64,000 nucleotides of DNA from an uncultured Microthrixaceae bacterium (GCA_963809335.1 CAWEJD010000003.1:1592-65591), one strand, 5' to 3'. Shown: positions 13,872 to 25,157, counted from the stretch's first letter. Numbers and translations: made by a program. The notes: a model not told the origin generated them from the sequence alone.

Positions 13872-15381
13872 GCGGCACGGAGCCCTCGTCGTCTCCCTCG
13901 CCCGCCGGGCCCCCTCCGCTGGGCTCGGCCGCGTCGATCGCGGCCGCCGTCCGGGCCGGCGAGCGCAGCGCACGCGAGGTCGTCGACGCTGCACCTCGCC
14001 CGCATCGAGCAGCACGAGCCCGACATCCACGCGTTCAACCTGGTGCTGGCCGACGAGGCCCGGGCGGCGGCCGATGCCGTCGACCGCCGCGTCGCCGCGG
14101 GCGACGACCCGGGCCCGCTGGCCGGGGTGCCGGTCGCCCTGAAGGACAACCTGTGCACCCGGGGCATCCCCACCACGTGCAGCTCGCGCATCCTCGAGGG
14201 CTGGCGCCCGCCCTACGACGCCACCGTCGTCGACCTGCTCGCCGAGGCCGGTGCGGTCGCCATCGGCAAGACCAACCTCGACGAGTTCGCCATGGGCAGC
14301 TCCACCGAGAACTCGGCCTTCGGACCCACCCGCAACCCCCACGACCCGGGCTGCGTCCCCGGCGGCTCGTCGGGTGGCAGCGCGGCCGCCGTCGCCGCCG
14401 GGTTCGTGCCCGGTCTCGCTCGGCTCGGACACCGGCGGGTCGATCCGCCAGCCGGCCGCCCTCTGCGGGGTGGTCGGGCTCAAGCCCACCTACGGCCTGG
14501 TGTCGCGCTACGGGCTGATCGCCTTCGCGTCGTCGCTCGACCAGATCGGCCCGTTCTCGACCACCGTCGCCGACGCGGCGCTCCTGCTCGACGTGATCGC
14601 CGGCCACGACCCGCTCGACTCGACGTCGATCCCCGAGCCGGTGCCCTCCTACACCGAGGCGCTGGGCGACGGGGTGGCCGGGCTGCGCATCGGCCTGATC
14701 ACCGAGCTCATGGGCGAGGGCATCGCCCCCGACGTCGCGGCCCGGGTGCGCGAGGCGGCCGCCGCGCTCGAGGCCGCCGGCGCCATCGTGGGCGAGGCCT
14801 CGATCCCGGCCGCGACCTACGGGCTGTCGGCCTACTACCTGATCGCGCCGGCCGAGGCGTCGAGCAACCTGGCCCGCTACGACGGGGTGCGCTACGGCCT
14901 GCGGGTCGACGCCCCGACCACCGGCGAGATGATGACCGCCACCCGCACCGCCGGGTTCGGCGACGAGGTCAAGCGGCGCATCATGCTCGGCACCTACGCC
15001 CTGTCGGCCGGCTACTACGACGCCTACTACGGCAAGGCGCTGAAGGTCCGCACGCTGATCATCCGCGACTTCGCCGCGGCCTACGAGCAGTTCGACCTGC
15101 TGCTGTCCCCGACGTCGCCGACCACCGCGTTCCGGTTCGGCGACAAGACCGCCGACCCGCTGAGCATGTACCTCAACGACGTGTGCACCATCCCCACCAA
15201 CCTGTCCGGCGATGCCGCGGTGTCGGTGCCCTTCGGCACGGGCGACGACGGCATGCCGGTCGGCGTGCAGCTGCTGGCCCCGGCGCTCGGCGAGGTCACC
15301 ATGCTGCGGGCCGCCGCCGTGCTCGAGGCGGCCGCGCCGCCCCCGGCCTCGCCCCGCGCCGTCGAGGAGGTCGCCCGATGA
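13868..15381 (+). CDS. gatA: Asp/Glu-tRNA amidotransferase subunit A; frameshifted as sequenced
   Basis: Amidase signature [12 protein letters not shown] and [15 protein letters not shown]. Frame switches near 13995 and 14415. The stop overlaps the gatB start (ATGA at 15378). Confidence 0.92.
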
Positions 15382-16843
15382 GCGCCGCTGATCATCACCA
15401 GCCCCTCGACCGGCGCCGAGTGGGAGGTCGTCATCGGCCTCGAGGTGCACGCCGAGCTGGCCACCGCCACCAAGATGTTCAGCGGGGCACCCAACCAGTT
15501 CGGCGGCGAGCCCAACACCAACATCGACCCGGTCACCCTGGGCCTGCCCGGCTCGCTGCCGGTGGTCAACCGGGCCGCGGTCGAGCTCGGCATCCGCGTC
15601 GGGACTGGCCCTGCACTGCGACGTGCGCCGCTCGACCTTCGCCCGGAAGAACTACTTCTACCCGGACATGCCGAAGGACTACCAGATCAGCCAGTTCGAC
15701 GAGCCGCTCAACGTCGAGGGCTGGCTCGAGCTGCCCGACGGCACGCGGATCGGCATCGAGCGGGCCCACCTCGAGGAGGACACCGGCAAGTCGAGCCACC
15801 AGGGCGGCGACGGGCGCATCCACGGCGCCGAGTCGTCCCTCGTCGACTACAACCGGGCCGGCGTGCCGCTGATCGAGATCGTGGGCGAGCCCGACCTGCG
15901 CTCGGCCGACGATGCCCGCGCCTACGTGAGCGAGCTGCGGGCCATCCTCGTGGCCATCGGCGCCTCCGACGGGAAGATGGAGGAGGGCTCGATGCGGGTC
16001 GACGCCAACGTGTCGGTCCGACCCGCTCGGCACCGACGAGCTCGGGCTGCGCTGCGAGATCAAGAACGTGAACTCGCTGCGGTCGCTGGTGCGGGCCATC
16101 GAGTTCGAGGCCCGTCGTCAGGTCGACGTCCTCGATGCCGGCGAGCGAGTGCGCCAGGAGACCCGCCACTGGGACGAGGAGGCCGGACGCACCCGCGCCG
16201 GCCGCTCGAAGGAGGGCGCCGAGGACTACCGCTACTTCCTCGAGCCCGACCTCGTGGTCATCGACCCGTCGCCCGAGTGGATCGCCGAGATCGAGGCCGC
16301 CCTGCCGGTGCTGCCGGCCGAGCGACGGGCCCGGCTGGCCGCCGCCGCCGGGCGTGTCTCCGGCCGATGTGGCCATCCACGTCGACCGCGGCCTCGACGA
16401 CCTGGCGATGGGGGCCATCGAGGCGGGCGCCGACCCGGGGCGGGTGCTGACCCACGTCGAGCACAACCTGGCCGTCGACGGAGCCGACGACCCTCGACGT
16501 GGCCCACTTCACCGAACTGGTCCGCCTCGAGCTCGACGGCAAGCTCACCGCCACGCAGGCCAAGACGGTGCTGGCCGAGATGGTCGAGACCGGTCAGGCG
16601 CCCGAGGTCATCGCCAAGGCCCACGGCTTCGAGGCCATGGACACCGCCGACCTCGAAGCCGTCGTCGACGGCGTCATCGCGGCCAACCCCGACGACTGGG
16701 CCGAGTTCGTGGCCGCCGACGACAAGGGCAAGATCAAGAAGCTGAGCGGCTTCTTCATCGGGCAGATCATGGCCGCGACCAAGGGCCAGGCCGACGGCAA
16801 GGCCGTCAACCTGCTGCTCAACCAGCGACGGGCCGGAGCCTGA
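15378..16843 (+). CDS. gatB: Asp/Glu-tRNA amidotransferase subunit B; frameshifted as sequenced
   Basis: Recognisable pieces: [39 protein letters not shown] and a C-terminal GatB/YqeY domain. Pieces lie in all three frames, with switches near 15415, 15605, 16030, 16345 and 16495. Confidence 0.92.
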
Positions 16844-16917
16844 CGAGCTGCTGAAATCCTTCTTTGGGGCCACGCTGTGTGATCTCACATACGGTTTGTG
16901 CTCAAATGTGTCGATAC

Positions 16918-16938
16918 GTTCTCACGGATAGTGAGAAC
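16918..16938. promoter_or_regulatory. 21-bp palindrome upstream of the lipoprotein/PI-PLC genes
   Basis: GTTCTCAC-GGATA-GTGAGAAC has perfect 8-bp arms and no T-tract. It lies 17 nt upstream of ATG 16955 in a locally AT-richer spacer. A second small palindrome, TGTGA-TC-TCACA, lies near 16878-16889. Confidence 0.45.
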
Positions 16939-16954
16939 ACGACTGGGAGATGTC

Positions 16955-17527
16955 ATGACATTGAAGAAGTCTGGGGCCGTTGTCGTCGCGCTGTTGCTGA
17001 CCTTCGCCGTGGTCGGCTGCGGCAGCAAGAAGGACGACAGCGCCAGCAACACCGACGCCGCCGGCTCGGCCGAGAAGCAGTCCGAGAGCAACTCCGACGC
17101 CAGCACCACGAGCACCGCGAAGGACTCCTCGTCGACCACGTCGGGTTCCAACGGGCTGAACAGCCTCAACGACATCACCGGCGGCCAGCTGGGTGACTGC
17201 CTCAGCGCGTCGCTGGCCTACGCCTCGCTGGTGCTCGAGCCGCTCGGGTTCATGGGCGGCGCCACCCAGGAGCAGATCGACAAGTTCGAGCAGGACACCA
17301 AGGACCTCGAGGCCAAGATCCCCGATGCGCTGAAGGACGACTTCGAGACCGTGGCGACCGCGTACAAGGCCTACGGCGAGGCGATCAAGGACATCGACTT
17401 CAGCGACCTCCTCAACCCCGACACGCAGCAGAAGGTCGAGGACGCCAGCAAGAAGCTCGACGACCCCGACGTGAAGGCGGCCCAGGACCGGATCCAGGCC
17501 TACTTCGACACCAACTGCGGGAACTGA
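16955..17527 (+). CDS. putative lipoprotein (hypothetical)
   Basis: Start is ATG 16955 after GGGAGA. Signal peptide with lipobox LTFAVVGC, then an S/T/D-rich linker and a helical domain. Confidence 0.62.
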   Translation: MTLKKSGAVVVALLLTFAVVGCGSKKDDSASNTDAAGSAEKQSESNSDASTTSTAKDSSSTTSGSNGLNSLNDITGGQLGDCLSASLAYASLVLEPLGFMGGATQEQIDKFEQDTKDLEAKIPDALKDDFETVATAYKAYGEAIKDIDFSDLLNPDTQQKVEDASKKLDDPDVKAAQDRIQAYFDTNCGN

Positions 17528-17635
17528 CCGCCCGCCCGGTCCCGCCCCTGGCGCCACCCGTCCCGTGAGGTGGCCGAGGTCGTGATGTGCGACACTCGGC
17601 CCTCACGGGAGCAGGGCACACGTCCAGGGGGGACC

Positions 17636-18862
17636 ATGCACACGAGACGGCTCGCGATCGGCATCGGCGCGGTGGTGATGGTGCTGGGGGGCCTCCTGGC
17701 GCCGCCGGCGAGCGCCACGACCACGGCCGCCTCGTGCCGCGGGGTGAGCGAGGCCACCGGCACCGGGCTCGACGCCCGGCCGATGCGGGCGGTGCAGCTG
17801 CGCCGGTGCCTGCGGCTCAACCAGGTGCAGTCCCTCGGGACGCACAACTCCTACCACGGCCCGACGACGCCCGAGATCCTCGACGTGCTGCGGGGGCTCG
17901 ACCCGGCCTCGGCCGACTCGCTCGAGTACTCGCATCCGCCCCTGCCCGACCAGTTCGAGAACGAGGGCATCCGCCAGATCGAGCTCGACGTGTTCGCCGA
18001 CCCGGCCGGCGGCCTCTACTCGAAGCGTCCGGCGCTGACCGCCCTCGGCCTGCCCAACCCGACGCCTCCCGAGCTGCTCCAGCCCGGCTTCAAGGTGCTC
18101 CACATCCAGGACGTCGACTTCAACTCCACCTGCCTGACCTTCGTCATCTGCCTCACCGAGGTGAAGGCGTGGTCCGACGCCCATCCCCGCCACGTGCCGA
18201 TCGCCATCCTGGTCGAGCTCAAGGACGACCCGATCCCGGACCCGTTCAACCTGGGCTTCGTGACGCCGATCCCGATCGACGGCCCCCAGCTCGACGCGGT
18301 CGATGCGGAGATCCGCTCGGTCTTCTCCGAGGACGAGATGATCACGCCCGACGACGTGCGGGGCGGCCACCCGACGCTCGAGTCGGCCGTGCTGAGCGGC
18401 ACCGGGTGGCCGACGCTGGCCGAATCGCAGGGCAAGGTCCTGTTCCTGATGGACAACGCGTCCAAACGCGACCTGTACCGGGCCGGCCGGCCGTCACTCG
18501 AGGGGCGGGTGCTGTTCACCAACGCCACGCCGGGCTCGCCCGACGCCGCGTTCGTCGAGATGAACGACCCGGTCGGCAACACCGCCGAGATCCAGGAGCT
18601 CGTGCGGGACGGCTACGTGGTGCGCACCCGGGCCGACGCCGACACGGTCCAGGCCCGGACGGGTGACACGACGATGCGCGATGCGTCCATCGCCAGCGGG
18701 GCGCAGTGGGTCAGCACCGATTACCCGGTCGCCGGCAGCTCGATCTGGACGGACTACTTCGCGACGATCCCCGACGGGGACCCCAGCCGGTGCAACCCGG
18801 TGAACACCGGCCCCCGCTGTCGCAACGACCTGCTCGAGCCGTTCCGGGTGGGGCGTCCGTAG
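17636..18862 (+). CDS. secreted PI-PLC-like phosphodiesterase (Ca2+-dependent PI-PLC C1-like)
   Basis: Intact ORF. Start is ATG 17636 after AGGGGGG. Has a signal peptide, and LNQVQSLGTHNSYH is typical of the PLC-like phosphodiesterase X-domain. Confidence 0.68.
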   Translation: MHTRRLAIGIGAVVMVLGGLLAPPASATTTAASCRGVSEATGTGLDARPMRAVQLRRCLRLNQVQSLGTHNSYHGPTTPEILDVLRGLDPASADSLEYSHPPLPDQFENEGIRQIELDVFADPAGGLYSKRPALTALGLPNPTPPELLQPGFKVLHIQDVDFNSTCLTFVICLTEVKAWSDAHPRHVPIAILVELKDDPIPDPFNLGFVTPIPIDGPQLDAVDAEIRSVFSEDEMITPDDVRGGHPTLESAVLSGTGWPTLAESQGKVLFLMDNASKRDLYRAGRPSLEGRVLFTNATPGSPDAAFVEMNDPVGNTAEIQELVRDGYVVRTRADADTVQARTGDTTMRDASIASGAQWVSTDYPVAGSSIWTDYFATIPDGDPSRCNPVNTGPRCRNDLLEPFRVGRP

Positions 18863-18928
18863 CGGTCTGGGCCCGGCCGACCGATATCGGGTCGCGATGG
18901 ATCAGGGCGAGGGTCTAGAACGGCAGGC

Positions 18929-20159
18929 ATGGATCTCTCGGTACGACAGCTCGGGCCCGACGACTTCGACGCCGCCATGCGAACCGATGAGGCCGCCTTC
19001 TCGGAGGTGGTGAAGCCCGAGCACCGCGAGCAGGCCCGGGCCCTGATCGACTGGTCGCGGATGTTCGGCGCCTTCGACGGTGCCGAGCTGTGCGGCACCG
19101 CCGGCGCCTACGCGTTCGAGGTGACGTTGCCGGGCGGGGCGGTCGTGCCGGCATCGGGGGTGACCGCCGTGGGCGTGCTGCCCACGCATCGTCGCCGAGG
19201 CGTGCTCCGATCGCTGATGGATCGCCAGCTCGAGGATGTGGCCGAGCGAGGGGAGTGCGTCGCCCTGCTGACCGCGTCGGAGGCCACGATCTACCGGCGC
19301 TTCGGCTACGGCGTGGCCTGCGTGTACCGGTCGGTCGAGGTCGACCGGTCCCGTGCGTCGTTCGTGACCCGTCGCCCGGACGTCGGATCCGACCGGCCGA
19401 TGCGACTGCTGTCGCCGGACGAGGCCGTCGAGCGGGCGCCCGCGTGGTTCGACGCCTACCGCCGCTCGTGGCCGGGCGAGGTCAGTCGGCCGGCGTCGTG
19501 GTGGCCGTACGTGTTCGGCGAGAAGGAGACGTGGCGGGGCGGCGGGCCGCAGTTCGTGGTGGCCGTCGAGGACACCGACGACCGGCCCGGCGGGTACGCG
19601 ATCTACCGGGTCACCGACGGTCCGGGTCCTGGCGACCGCAAGCTCCGGGTCCGCGAGCTGGTGGCCGCCGACGAGGGAGTGCGCGAGCAGCTGTGGCGGT
19701 ACCTGTTCGGGGTCGACCTGGTCACCGTCATCGACGCCGACCTCGGCGTGGACGACCCGCTGCGCTGGCGGCTGACGGACTTCCGCGCCATGCGGGTGAC
19801 CGGGGAGCGCGACTTCCTGTGGGCCCGGGTGGTCGATCCGGTGGCCGCCCTCGCCGCTCGGCGCTACGAACGGGAGGCCGAGCTGGTCGTCGAGGTGATC
19901 GACGACACGCGGCCCGGCGGTTCCGGTCGCTACTCGGTGGCCGGTGGCCCCGGTGGCGCCACGTGCGAGAGGACCTCGGCGGCGGCCGGACCTGGCGATG
20001 GACGTGGCCGAGCTCGGGTCGCTGCTCCTCGGCGGGGCGTCGGCGCGGGTGCTGGGCGCCGCCGGTCGGATCGACGAGCGCTCGCCCGGGGCGTTGGCTG
20101 TCGCCGACGGCTTCTTCGGCTCGACCTCGGCCCGCCCGGCCTGCCTCACCCAGTTCTGA
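18929..20159 (+). CDS. Eis-like GNAT N-acetyltransferase; one frameshift as sequenced
   Basis: About 410 aa with a GNAT core (VGVLPTHRRRGVLRSLM) and an Eis-type C-terminal extension. Frame switch near 19975. Confidence 0.72.
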
Positions 20160-20164
20160 CCCGT

Positions 20165-20204
20165 CCTTTCGGCACCGAATCGGTACCGATTCGGTGCCGA
20201 AGGG
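20165..20204. repeat. palindromic repeat copy (archetype)
   Basis: CCTTTCGGCACCGAATCGGTACCGATTCGGTGCCGAAGGG contains a perfect 34-bp palindrome centred on GGTACC. It lies between the convergent Eis-like and MATE genes. Confidence 0.92.
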
Positions 20205-20222
20205 CGGCGAAGAGGGGGGCGG

Positions 20223-21560
20223 TCAGCGCTCGGCGCCGGTGATGGCCCATCCGTGACCGGCCCACCGAATCCCGAGCGTCACCATCCGAGCTGCGATGAA
20301 CACGAACAGCGCGGCCCACAGCCACCCGATCCCGAGACCGAGCACAGGGACGGCGAGCGCGCACGGCAGGAACGCGACGAACGACACGACCATGGCCCCG
20401 GCGAGGTACCGCAGGTCGCCGGCGCCGATGAGCAGGCCGTCGAGCACGAACACCACACCGCAGACGGGCTGCATCAGACCGACGAGCACCAGCACGAACG
20501 CGGCGACACCCGCCACCGAGGCGTCGCTCGTGAAGACGTGGGGCAGCACGGTTCGCAGCGCCAGGGTCGCGACGCCCAGCACGACGCCGGCGACGACGCC
20601 CCACTCGAGCATCCGCCGCCCCGACCGCCGGGCCGAGGCCTCGTCGCCCGCGCCGAGGTAGCGGCCGATCAGCGCCTGGCCGGCGATGGCGATGGCGTCG
20701 AGCGTCAGGGCCAGGAAGCTCCAGATCTGGAACGCGATCTGATGGGCGGCCAGCGCCACCGTGCCGAGGCGGGCGGCGACCGCGGTGGCGACGAGGAACG
20801 AACCCTGGAGCGCGGCGGTCCGGACGAACAGGTCACCGCCGACCACGGCCAGCCGCCGCAGCGTCGCCCCGTGCGGGCCCAGTCGCACCGAATGGGACCG
20901 CACGGCCCGTCCGACCCAGATGACGTAGACGGTGGCCGCTCCGATCTGGGCCACGACCGTGGCCCACGCCGACGCCCCGATGCCGAACCCGAGGCCGTAG
21001 ATGAGCACCACCTCGAGCACGAGGTTGCCGACCGACGACACGACCGCCACCACCAGCGGGGTCGTGGTGTCCTGCAGCCCGCGCAGGTACCCGGTGCCGG
21101 CCAGCACGACGAGGGTCGCCGGCACCCCGAACAGGCTGATCCGCAGGTACACCAGCGCGTTGTCCCGCACGGCTCCGGTCGCCCCCAACAGCTCGACCAG
21201 CGGCACCGCGAAGATCTGCCCGAGCACGACCAGCAGCACGCCGACCACGAAGGCCAGCCACACGCCCTGCACCGCCTGGTGCGCCGCCCGCTCCTCGTCG
21301 CCGGCACCCAGCAGTCGGGCCACGGCCCCCGTGGTTCCGTAGGCCAGGAAGATGAACAGCGAGTAGCCGATGAGCAGCACGCTGCTGGCGATGGCCAGGC
21401 CGGCGAGCTGATCGGTCCCGAGGTGCCCGACGACCGCGGTGTCGGTCAGGATGTAGAGCGGCTCGGCGACCAGCGCCCCCAACGCCGGGAGCGCGAGGCG
21501 CAGGATCTCGGTGTCGTGGGGATCCCGGCGGAACGGTGAGCGCTCGACCGGGTTCAGGCC
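20223..21560 (-). CDS. MATE family efflux transporter (DinF-like); start codon not resolved
   Basis: Twelve-TM MATE pattern (EILRLALPALGALVAEPLYILTDTAVVGHLG). There is no ATG or GTG upstream of the conserved N-terminus before the stop of the preceding gene at 21554. Confidence 0.78.
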   Translation of the reverse strand, partial: GLNPVERSPFRRDPHDTEILRLALPALGALVAEPLYILTDTAVVGHLGTDQLAGLAIASSVLLIGYSLFIFLAYGTTGAVARLLGAGDEERAAHQAVQGVWLAFVVGVLLVVLGQIFAVPLVELLGATGAVRDNALVYLRISLFGVPATLVVLAGTGYLRGLQDTTTPLVVAVVSSVGNLVLEVVLIYGLGFGIGASAWATVVAQIGAATVYVIWVGRAVRSHSVRLGPHGATLRRLAVVGGDLFVRTAALQGSFLVATAVAARLGTVALAAHQIAFQIWSFLALTLDAIAIAGQALIGRYLGAGDEASARRSGRRMLEWGVVAGVVLGVATLALRTVLPHVFTSDASVAGVAAFVLVLVGLMQPVCGVVFVLDGLLIGAGDLRYLAGAMVVSFVAFLPCALAVPVLGLGIGWLWAALFVFIAARMVTLGIRWAGHGWAITGAER

Positions 21561-22297
21561 ACGTCCTGTCGGCTCAGCCGCCGCGTGGTGTAGGCGAGGG
21601 CGACGAAGGCCACCACGCAGGGCACCACCCAGCGCCACGGGGCCGAGATCTGGGCCAGCCGTAGCGTGACGCCGGTGACCGACGACAGCGTCGACCGGCC
21701 GTAGGACCGCACCGCCAGGCGGGCCGCGGTCGAGTTGCCGTTGGCGACGAACCCCTCCCAGATCAGGATGTAGAGCAGCCCCCAGGGCAGGGCCCGCTTG
21801 ACCCGGAGCCCGAGCGCCACGAAGAGCCCCGTGTAGCCGACCATCGAGATGGTCACCCCGGCGACGGTGCCGACGACCAGCGAGCCGCCGGCCCCGGTGA
21901 GCGACGCGGCGATGATCAGCGGGATCGTCACCAGGGGCCACGTGACGGTGAACGAGGCCAGCGCCGCCGCTCCGGCCAGCTTCCACCGGGCCACGGGACG
22001 CAACCACAGGTAGACGAGCGTGCTGTCCTCGTTGAGCTCGCCCAGCGACGCCGACGCGAACACCAGCGTCGCCACCGGCACCAGCACCGACAGGCCCAGG
22101 CGGTCGATGAAGAAGGTGCCGTCGCGGATGGGATCGAAGACGTCGGCGTGCCCGATGGCGAACCCGACGATCACCGCGACCAGGCCCATGGCGCTCAGGC
22201 TGAGCACTCGGGCCCTGGTCACCTGGGTGCTGAGCATGAGGCGGTACAGGGCGACGAACGCTCCAGGCGTCGGCGTCCGGGTCGTCGAGGCGCTCAT
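21554..22297 (-). CDS. ABC-2 type transporter permease
   Basis: 247-aa polytopic ORF. Its ATG at 22297 overlaps the stop of the upstream ATPase gene (ATGA). Confidence 0.7.
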   Translation of the reverse strand: MSASTTRTPTPGAFVALYRLMLSTQVTRARVLSLSAMGLVAVIVGFAIGHADVFDPIRDGTFFIDRLGLSVLVPVATLVFASASLGELNEDSTLVYLWLRPVARWKLAGAAALASFTVTWPLVTIPLIIAASLTGAGGSLVVGTVAGVTISMVGYTGLFVALGLRVKRALPWGLLYILIWEGFVANGNSTAARLAVRSYGRSTLSSVTGVTLRLAQISAPWRWVVPCVVAFVALAYTTRRLSRQDVA

Positions 22298-23256
22298 CGG
22301 CCGACCAGGTAGCGGAAGACGCTCTCGAGGTCGTCGTCGAGCGGGCTGACCTCGTAGAGGTGGGCACCGACCGTGCGGGCCACCTCGGCCACCGCCCGAC
22401 GGAACTGGCTCACCTGATCGGTCTCGAGCACGGCGCTGTGCTCGTCCTCGAGCTCGAGACCCATGACGACGCCCCGGTCGAGCAGGCCGCCGGCGACGGC
22501 CCGAGCCCGGTCGCTGCGCACGCGGATGCGGTGGGGGCGATCGTCCATGAGCTCGCGGATGGCCCGGAAGTCGCCCTCGGCGGCCAGTCGACCCTGCACC
22601 ATGACCAGGACGCGCGACCCGAAGCGCTCCACCTCGTCGAGCACGTGGCTGGACACGATCACGCACTTGCCGGCCGCTCCGAGCCGCTGGAACAACTCGA
22701 TCATGTGCAGCCGCTGGCGGGGGTCGAGCCCGGTGAGGGGCTCGTCGAGCACGATCACGTCGGGGTCGTGGACGATGGCCTGGGCCACCTTGACCCGCTG
22801 GCGCATCCCCTTGGAGTAGGTGCTCGTCGGCCGGTTGTCGTCGACCGGCATCTCCACTACATCGAGCGCGGCCACCGCCGCCCCGTCGGGATCGTCGAGG
22901 CCCTGCAGCACCCCGGCGAGGCGGACGAACTCGAAGGCCGTCAACGTCTCGAACACGACCTCCTGCTGGGGGACGAGCCCGATCCGGCGGGTCAGGGCCA
23001 GGTCGCGTCTCGGGTCGCCGCCGAGGATCCGCACCGTCCCCCGGGCCGGCGCGGTGAGCCCGCACAGCATCCGGAGCATGGTCGACTTCCCCGCCCCGTT
23101 GGGCCCGAGCAGCGCAGTGACCCCCCGGTCGACCCGGAACGACACGTCGGAGACGGCCACCAGGTCGCCGAACCACTTCGACGCGCCGGTCACCTCGATC
23201 GGCCAGGGCGGCGCCCCGATTCCCGCGCCCGCCTCGGCCTCGGCCACGGCGCTCAC
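22294..23256 (-). CDS. ABC transporter ATP-binding protein
   Basis: Walker A GPNGAGKST, signature YSKGMRQR and Walker B VIVLDEP. Proposed start is GTG 23256. As sequenced it is in frame with the upstream permease. Confidence 0.85.
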   Translation of the reverse strand: MSAVAEAEAGAGIGAPPWPIEVTGASKWFGDLVAVSDVSFRVDRGVTALLGPNGAGKSTMLRMLCGLTAPARGTVRILGGDPRRDLALTRRIGLVPQQEVVFETLTAFEFVRLAGVLQGLDDPDGAAVAALDVVEMPVDDNRPTSTYSKGMRQRVKVAQAIVHDPDVIVLDEPLTGLDPRQRLHMIELFQRLGAAGKCVIVSSHVLDEVERFGSRVLVMVQGRLAAEGDFRAIRELMDDRPHRIRVRSDRARAVAGGLLDRGVVMGLELEDEHSAVLETDQVSQFRRAVAEVARTVGAHLYEVSPLDDDLESVFRYLVGR

Positions 23257-24165
23257 CGGCTCACGCCGGATGTGCTGGTAGCGGAACCGGACGAAGATCG
23301 CGCACCCGACGGTGATGACGAGGTAGGCCACGACCATGGTGGCGGTGGAGGTGTGGGCCGCGCTCGGGGAGATGAAGCCGGGGCGTTGACCGTAGAGGCG
23401 CCCCACCAGCTCCATCGGCAGGTAGGGGAGGTTCACCACGAACAGCGACGGCGACGAGCCGGTGTTGACGAGCGTCTCGCCGACCACGGCCGATCCGATC
23501 ATCACGAGGACGAACGCGGCGGACGCCGCGGCGCGCCGGGTGGTGGTGCTGGCGATGGCGAGCGAGAGCGATCCGGGGAGGGCCGCGACGATGACGCCGC
23601 CGACGATCACCCTCCACAGCACGCCGACGAAGGCGGTGAAATCGGCGGGCCCGGCGCCGGCGATGGTGCGAGCGACCAGCATGAAGACCGGCGGGCCGAG
23701 GGTCACCAGCGAGAGGAGGAACGCGACCGCCGCGGCTTTGGCGATCAGATAGGTGTCGCGGTCGAGCGGCGAGGCCAGGTAGAGCCCGAGCAGGCCCGAA
23801 CGCCGATCGGTGCACAGGGCCTCGGGCACGGCGAGGGCGGCGAAGATGAGGATGGCGGCCCACACGTAGAGGTAGAACTCGGCGTAGGACGGGATGACCT
23901 GGTTGATGTCCACGCCGTTGCGCTGGAAGCGCTCTTTGAGCAGGGCGGCGATGCCCACGAAGGCGATGGCCGGCACGTAGGCGATGAAGATGGCGCCGAA
24001 CGGGAGGATCTTGTTCCAGAACGTGCGCTTCAGGCCGAGGACGCGCTGGACGGTGTGGCGCACGAGGCTGCGCATGGCGCCCCGCGCCCCCCGGCGGGGA
24101 CCGTCGTAGGAGCGGTAGCCGCGCTCGAGGATCCGGGCGCCGCCTCCGCCCGCAGCCAAGGTCAC
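23253..24165 (-). CDS. ABC-2 type transporter permease (reads through into the ATPase as sequenced)
   Basis: N-terminal ~300 aa of the 623-aa track ORF, with six predicted TM segments. Its GTG start at 24165 overlaps the stop of the upstream ATPase (GTGA). Confidence 0.62.
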
Positions 24166-25130
24166 GTGCCGACCTCCAGGAACACGTCCTCGAGGCTGAC
24201 CGTGCGGTTGGTCAGGCGACGGAGCCCGGCGCCGCTGTCGGCCAGCGCGTCTCGCACGATGTCGTAGAGCTCGTCATCGGCCGACCCGCCGGCGCTGGTG
24301 ACCACCAGCCGCGAGCCGTCGATCGCCACGTGGTTCCCTCTGGCCCGCAGGACGTCGGCCAACGCCTCGGCCTGCTCGTCGACCTCGACCAGCAGCCCGC
24401 GGTCGGCCCCCGTGAGCTCGGAGATCGGCCCCGAGGCCACGACCTCGCCGCCGGCGAGGATGACCGCGTTGTCGCAGACCCGCTCGACCTCCTCCAGCAG
24501 GTGCGAGGACAGGATGATGTCGATGCCGAACTCCGTCCCGACCCGCCTGATGAGCGCCAGCATGTCGTCGCGCTGCACGGGGTCGAGGCCGTCGGTCGGC
24601 TCGTCGAGCAGGACGAGCTGGGGGTCGTGGGCGATGGCCTGGGCCAGCTTGACCCGCTGGCGCTGCCCGGTCGACATGGTGCCGATGGGACGGAAGCGCT
24701 CCTCACCCAGCCCGACCTGCCAGAGGGCGTCGCTCGCCCGGCCGGTGGCCTCTCGGTGGGGGAGCCCGTGGACCTCGGCGATGTGGCGGACGAGGTCCTG
24801 GGCGGTGGTGTCGGCCGGCAGGGTGTGGTGCTCGGGGGAGTAGCCCACGCGTTCACGCACCGCCGCCCCGGCGTGCACCGGGTCGAGCCCGAGGACGGCC
24901 AGCGTGCCCTCGGTGGGGCGGTGCAGACCGAGCATCATGCCGAGCAGGGTGGTCTTGCCGGCGCCGTTGCTGCCGAGCAGGCCGGTGACGCCACGGTGGA
25001 TGGTGAAGGTGGCGCCGGAGAGCGCGGTGACCGAGCCCCAGCGCTTGACGATGCCCTGACCGACGACCACCTCGTCGGCGCGCGGCGAGCGTTCGATCGA
25101 TGCCCCGCTCGGATCGCTGTGGTCGGCCAT
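24162..25130 (-). CDS. ABC transporter ATP-binding protein
   Basis: Start is ATG 25130 (MADHSD). Carries Walker [10 protein letters not shown], signature MSTGQRQR and Walker B LVLLDEP. Confidence 0.85.
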   Translation of the reverse strand: MADHSDPSGASIERSPRADEVVVGQGIVKRWGSVTALSGATFTIHRGVTGLLGSNGAGKTTLLGMMLGLHRPTEGTLAVLGLDPVHAGAAVRERVGYSPEHHTLPADTTAQDLVRHIAEVHGLPHREATGRASDALWQVGLGEERFRPIGTMSTGQRQRVKLAQAIAHDPQLVLLDEPTDGLDPVQRDDMLALIRRVGTEFGIDIILSSHLLEEVERVCDNAVILAGGEVVASGPISELTGADRGLLVEVDEQAEALADVLRARGNHVAIDGSRLVVTSAGGSADDELYDIVRDALADSGAGLRRLTNRTVSLEDVFLEVGT

Positions 25131-25157
25131 CGCGGGACGAGCGTAACCTCTGACCCC

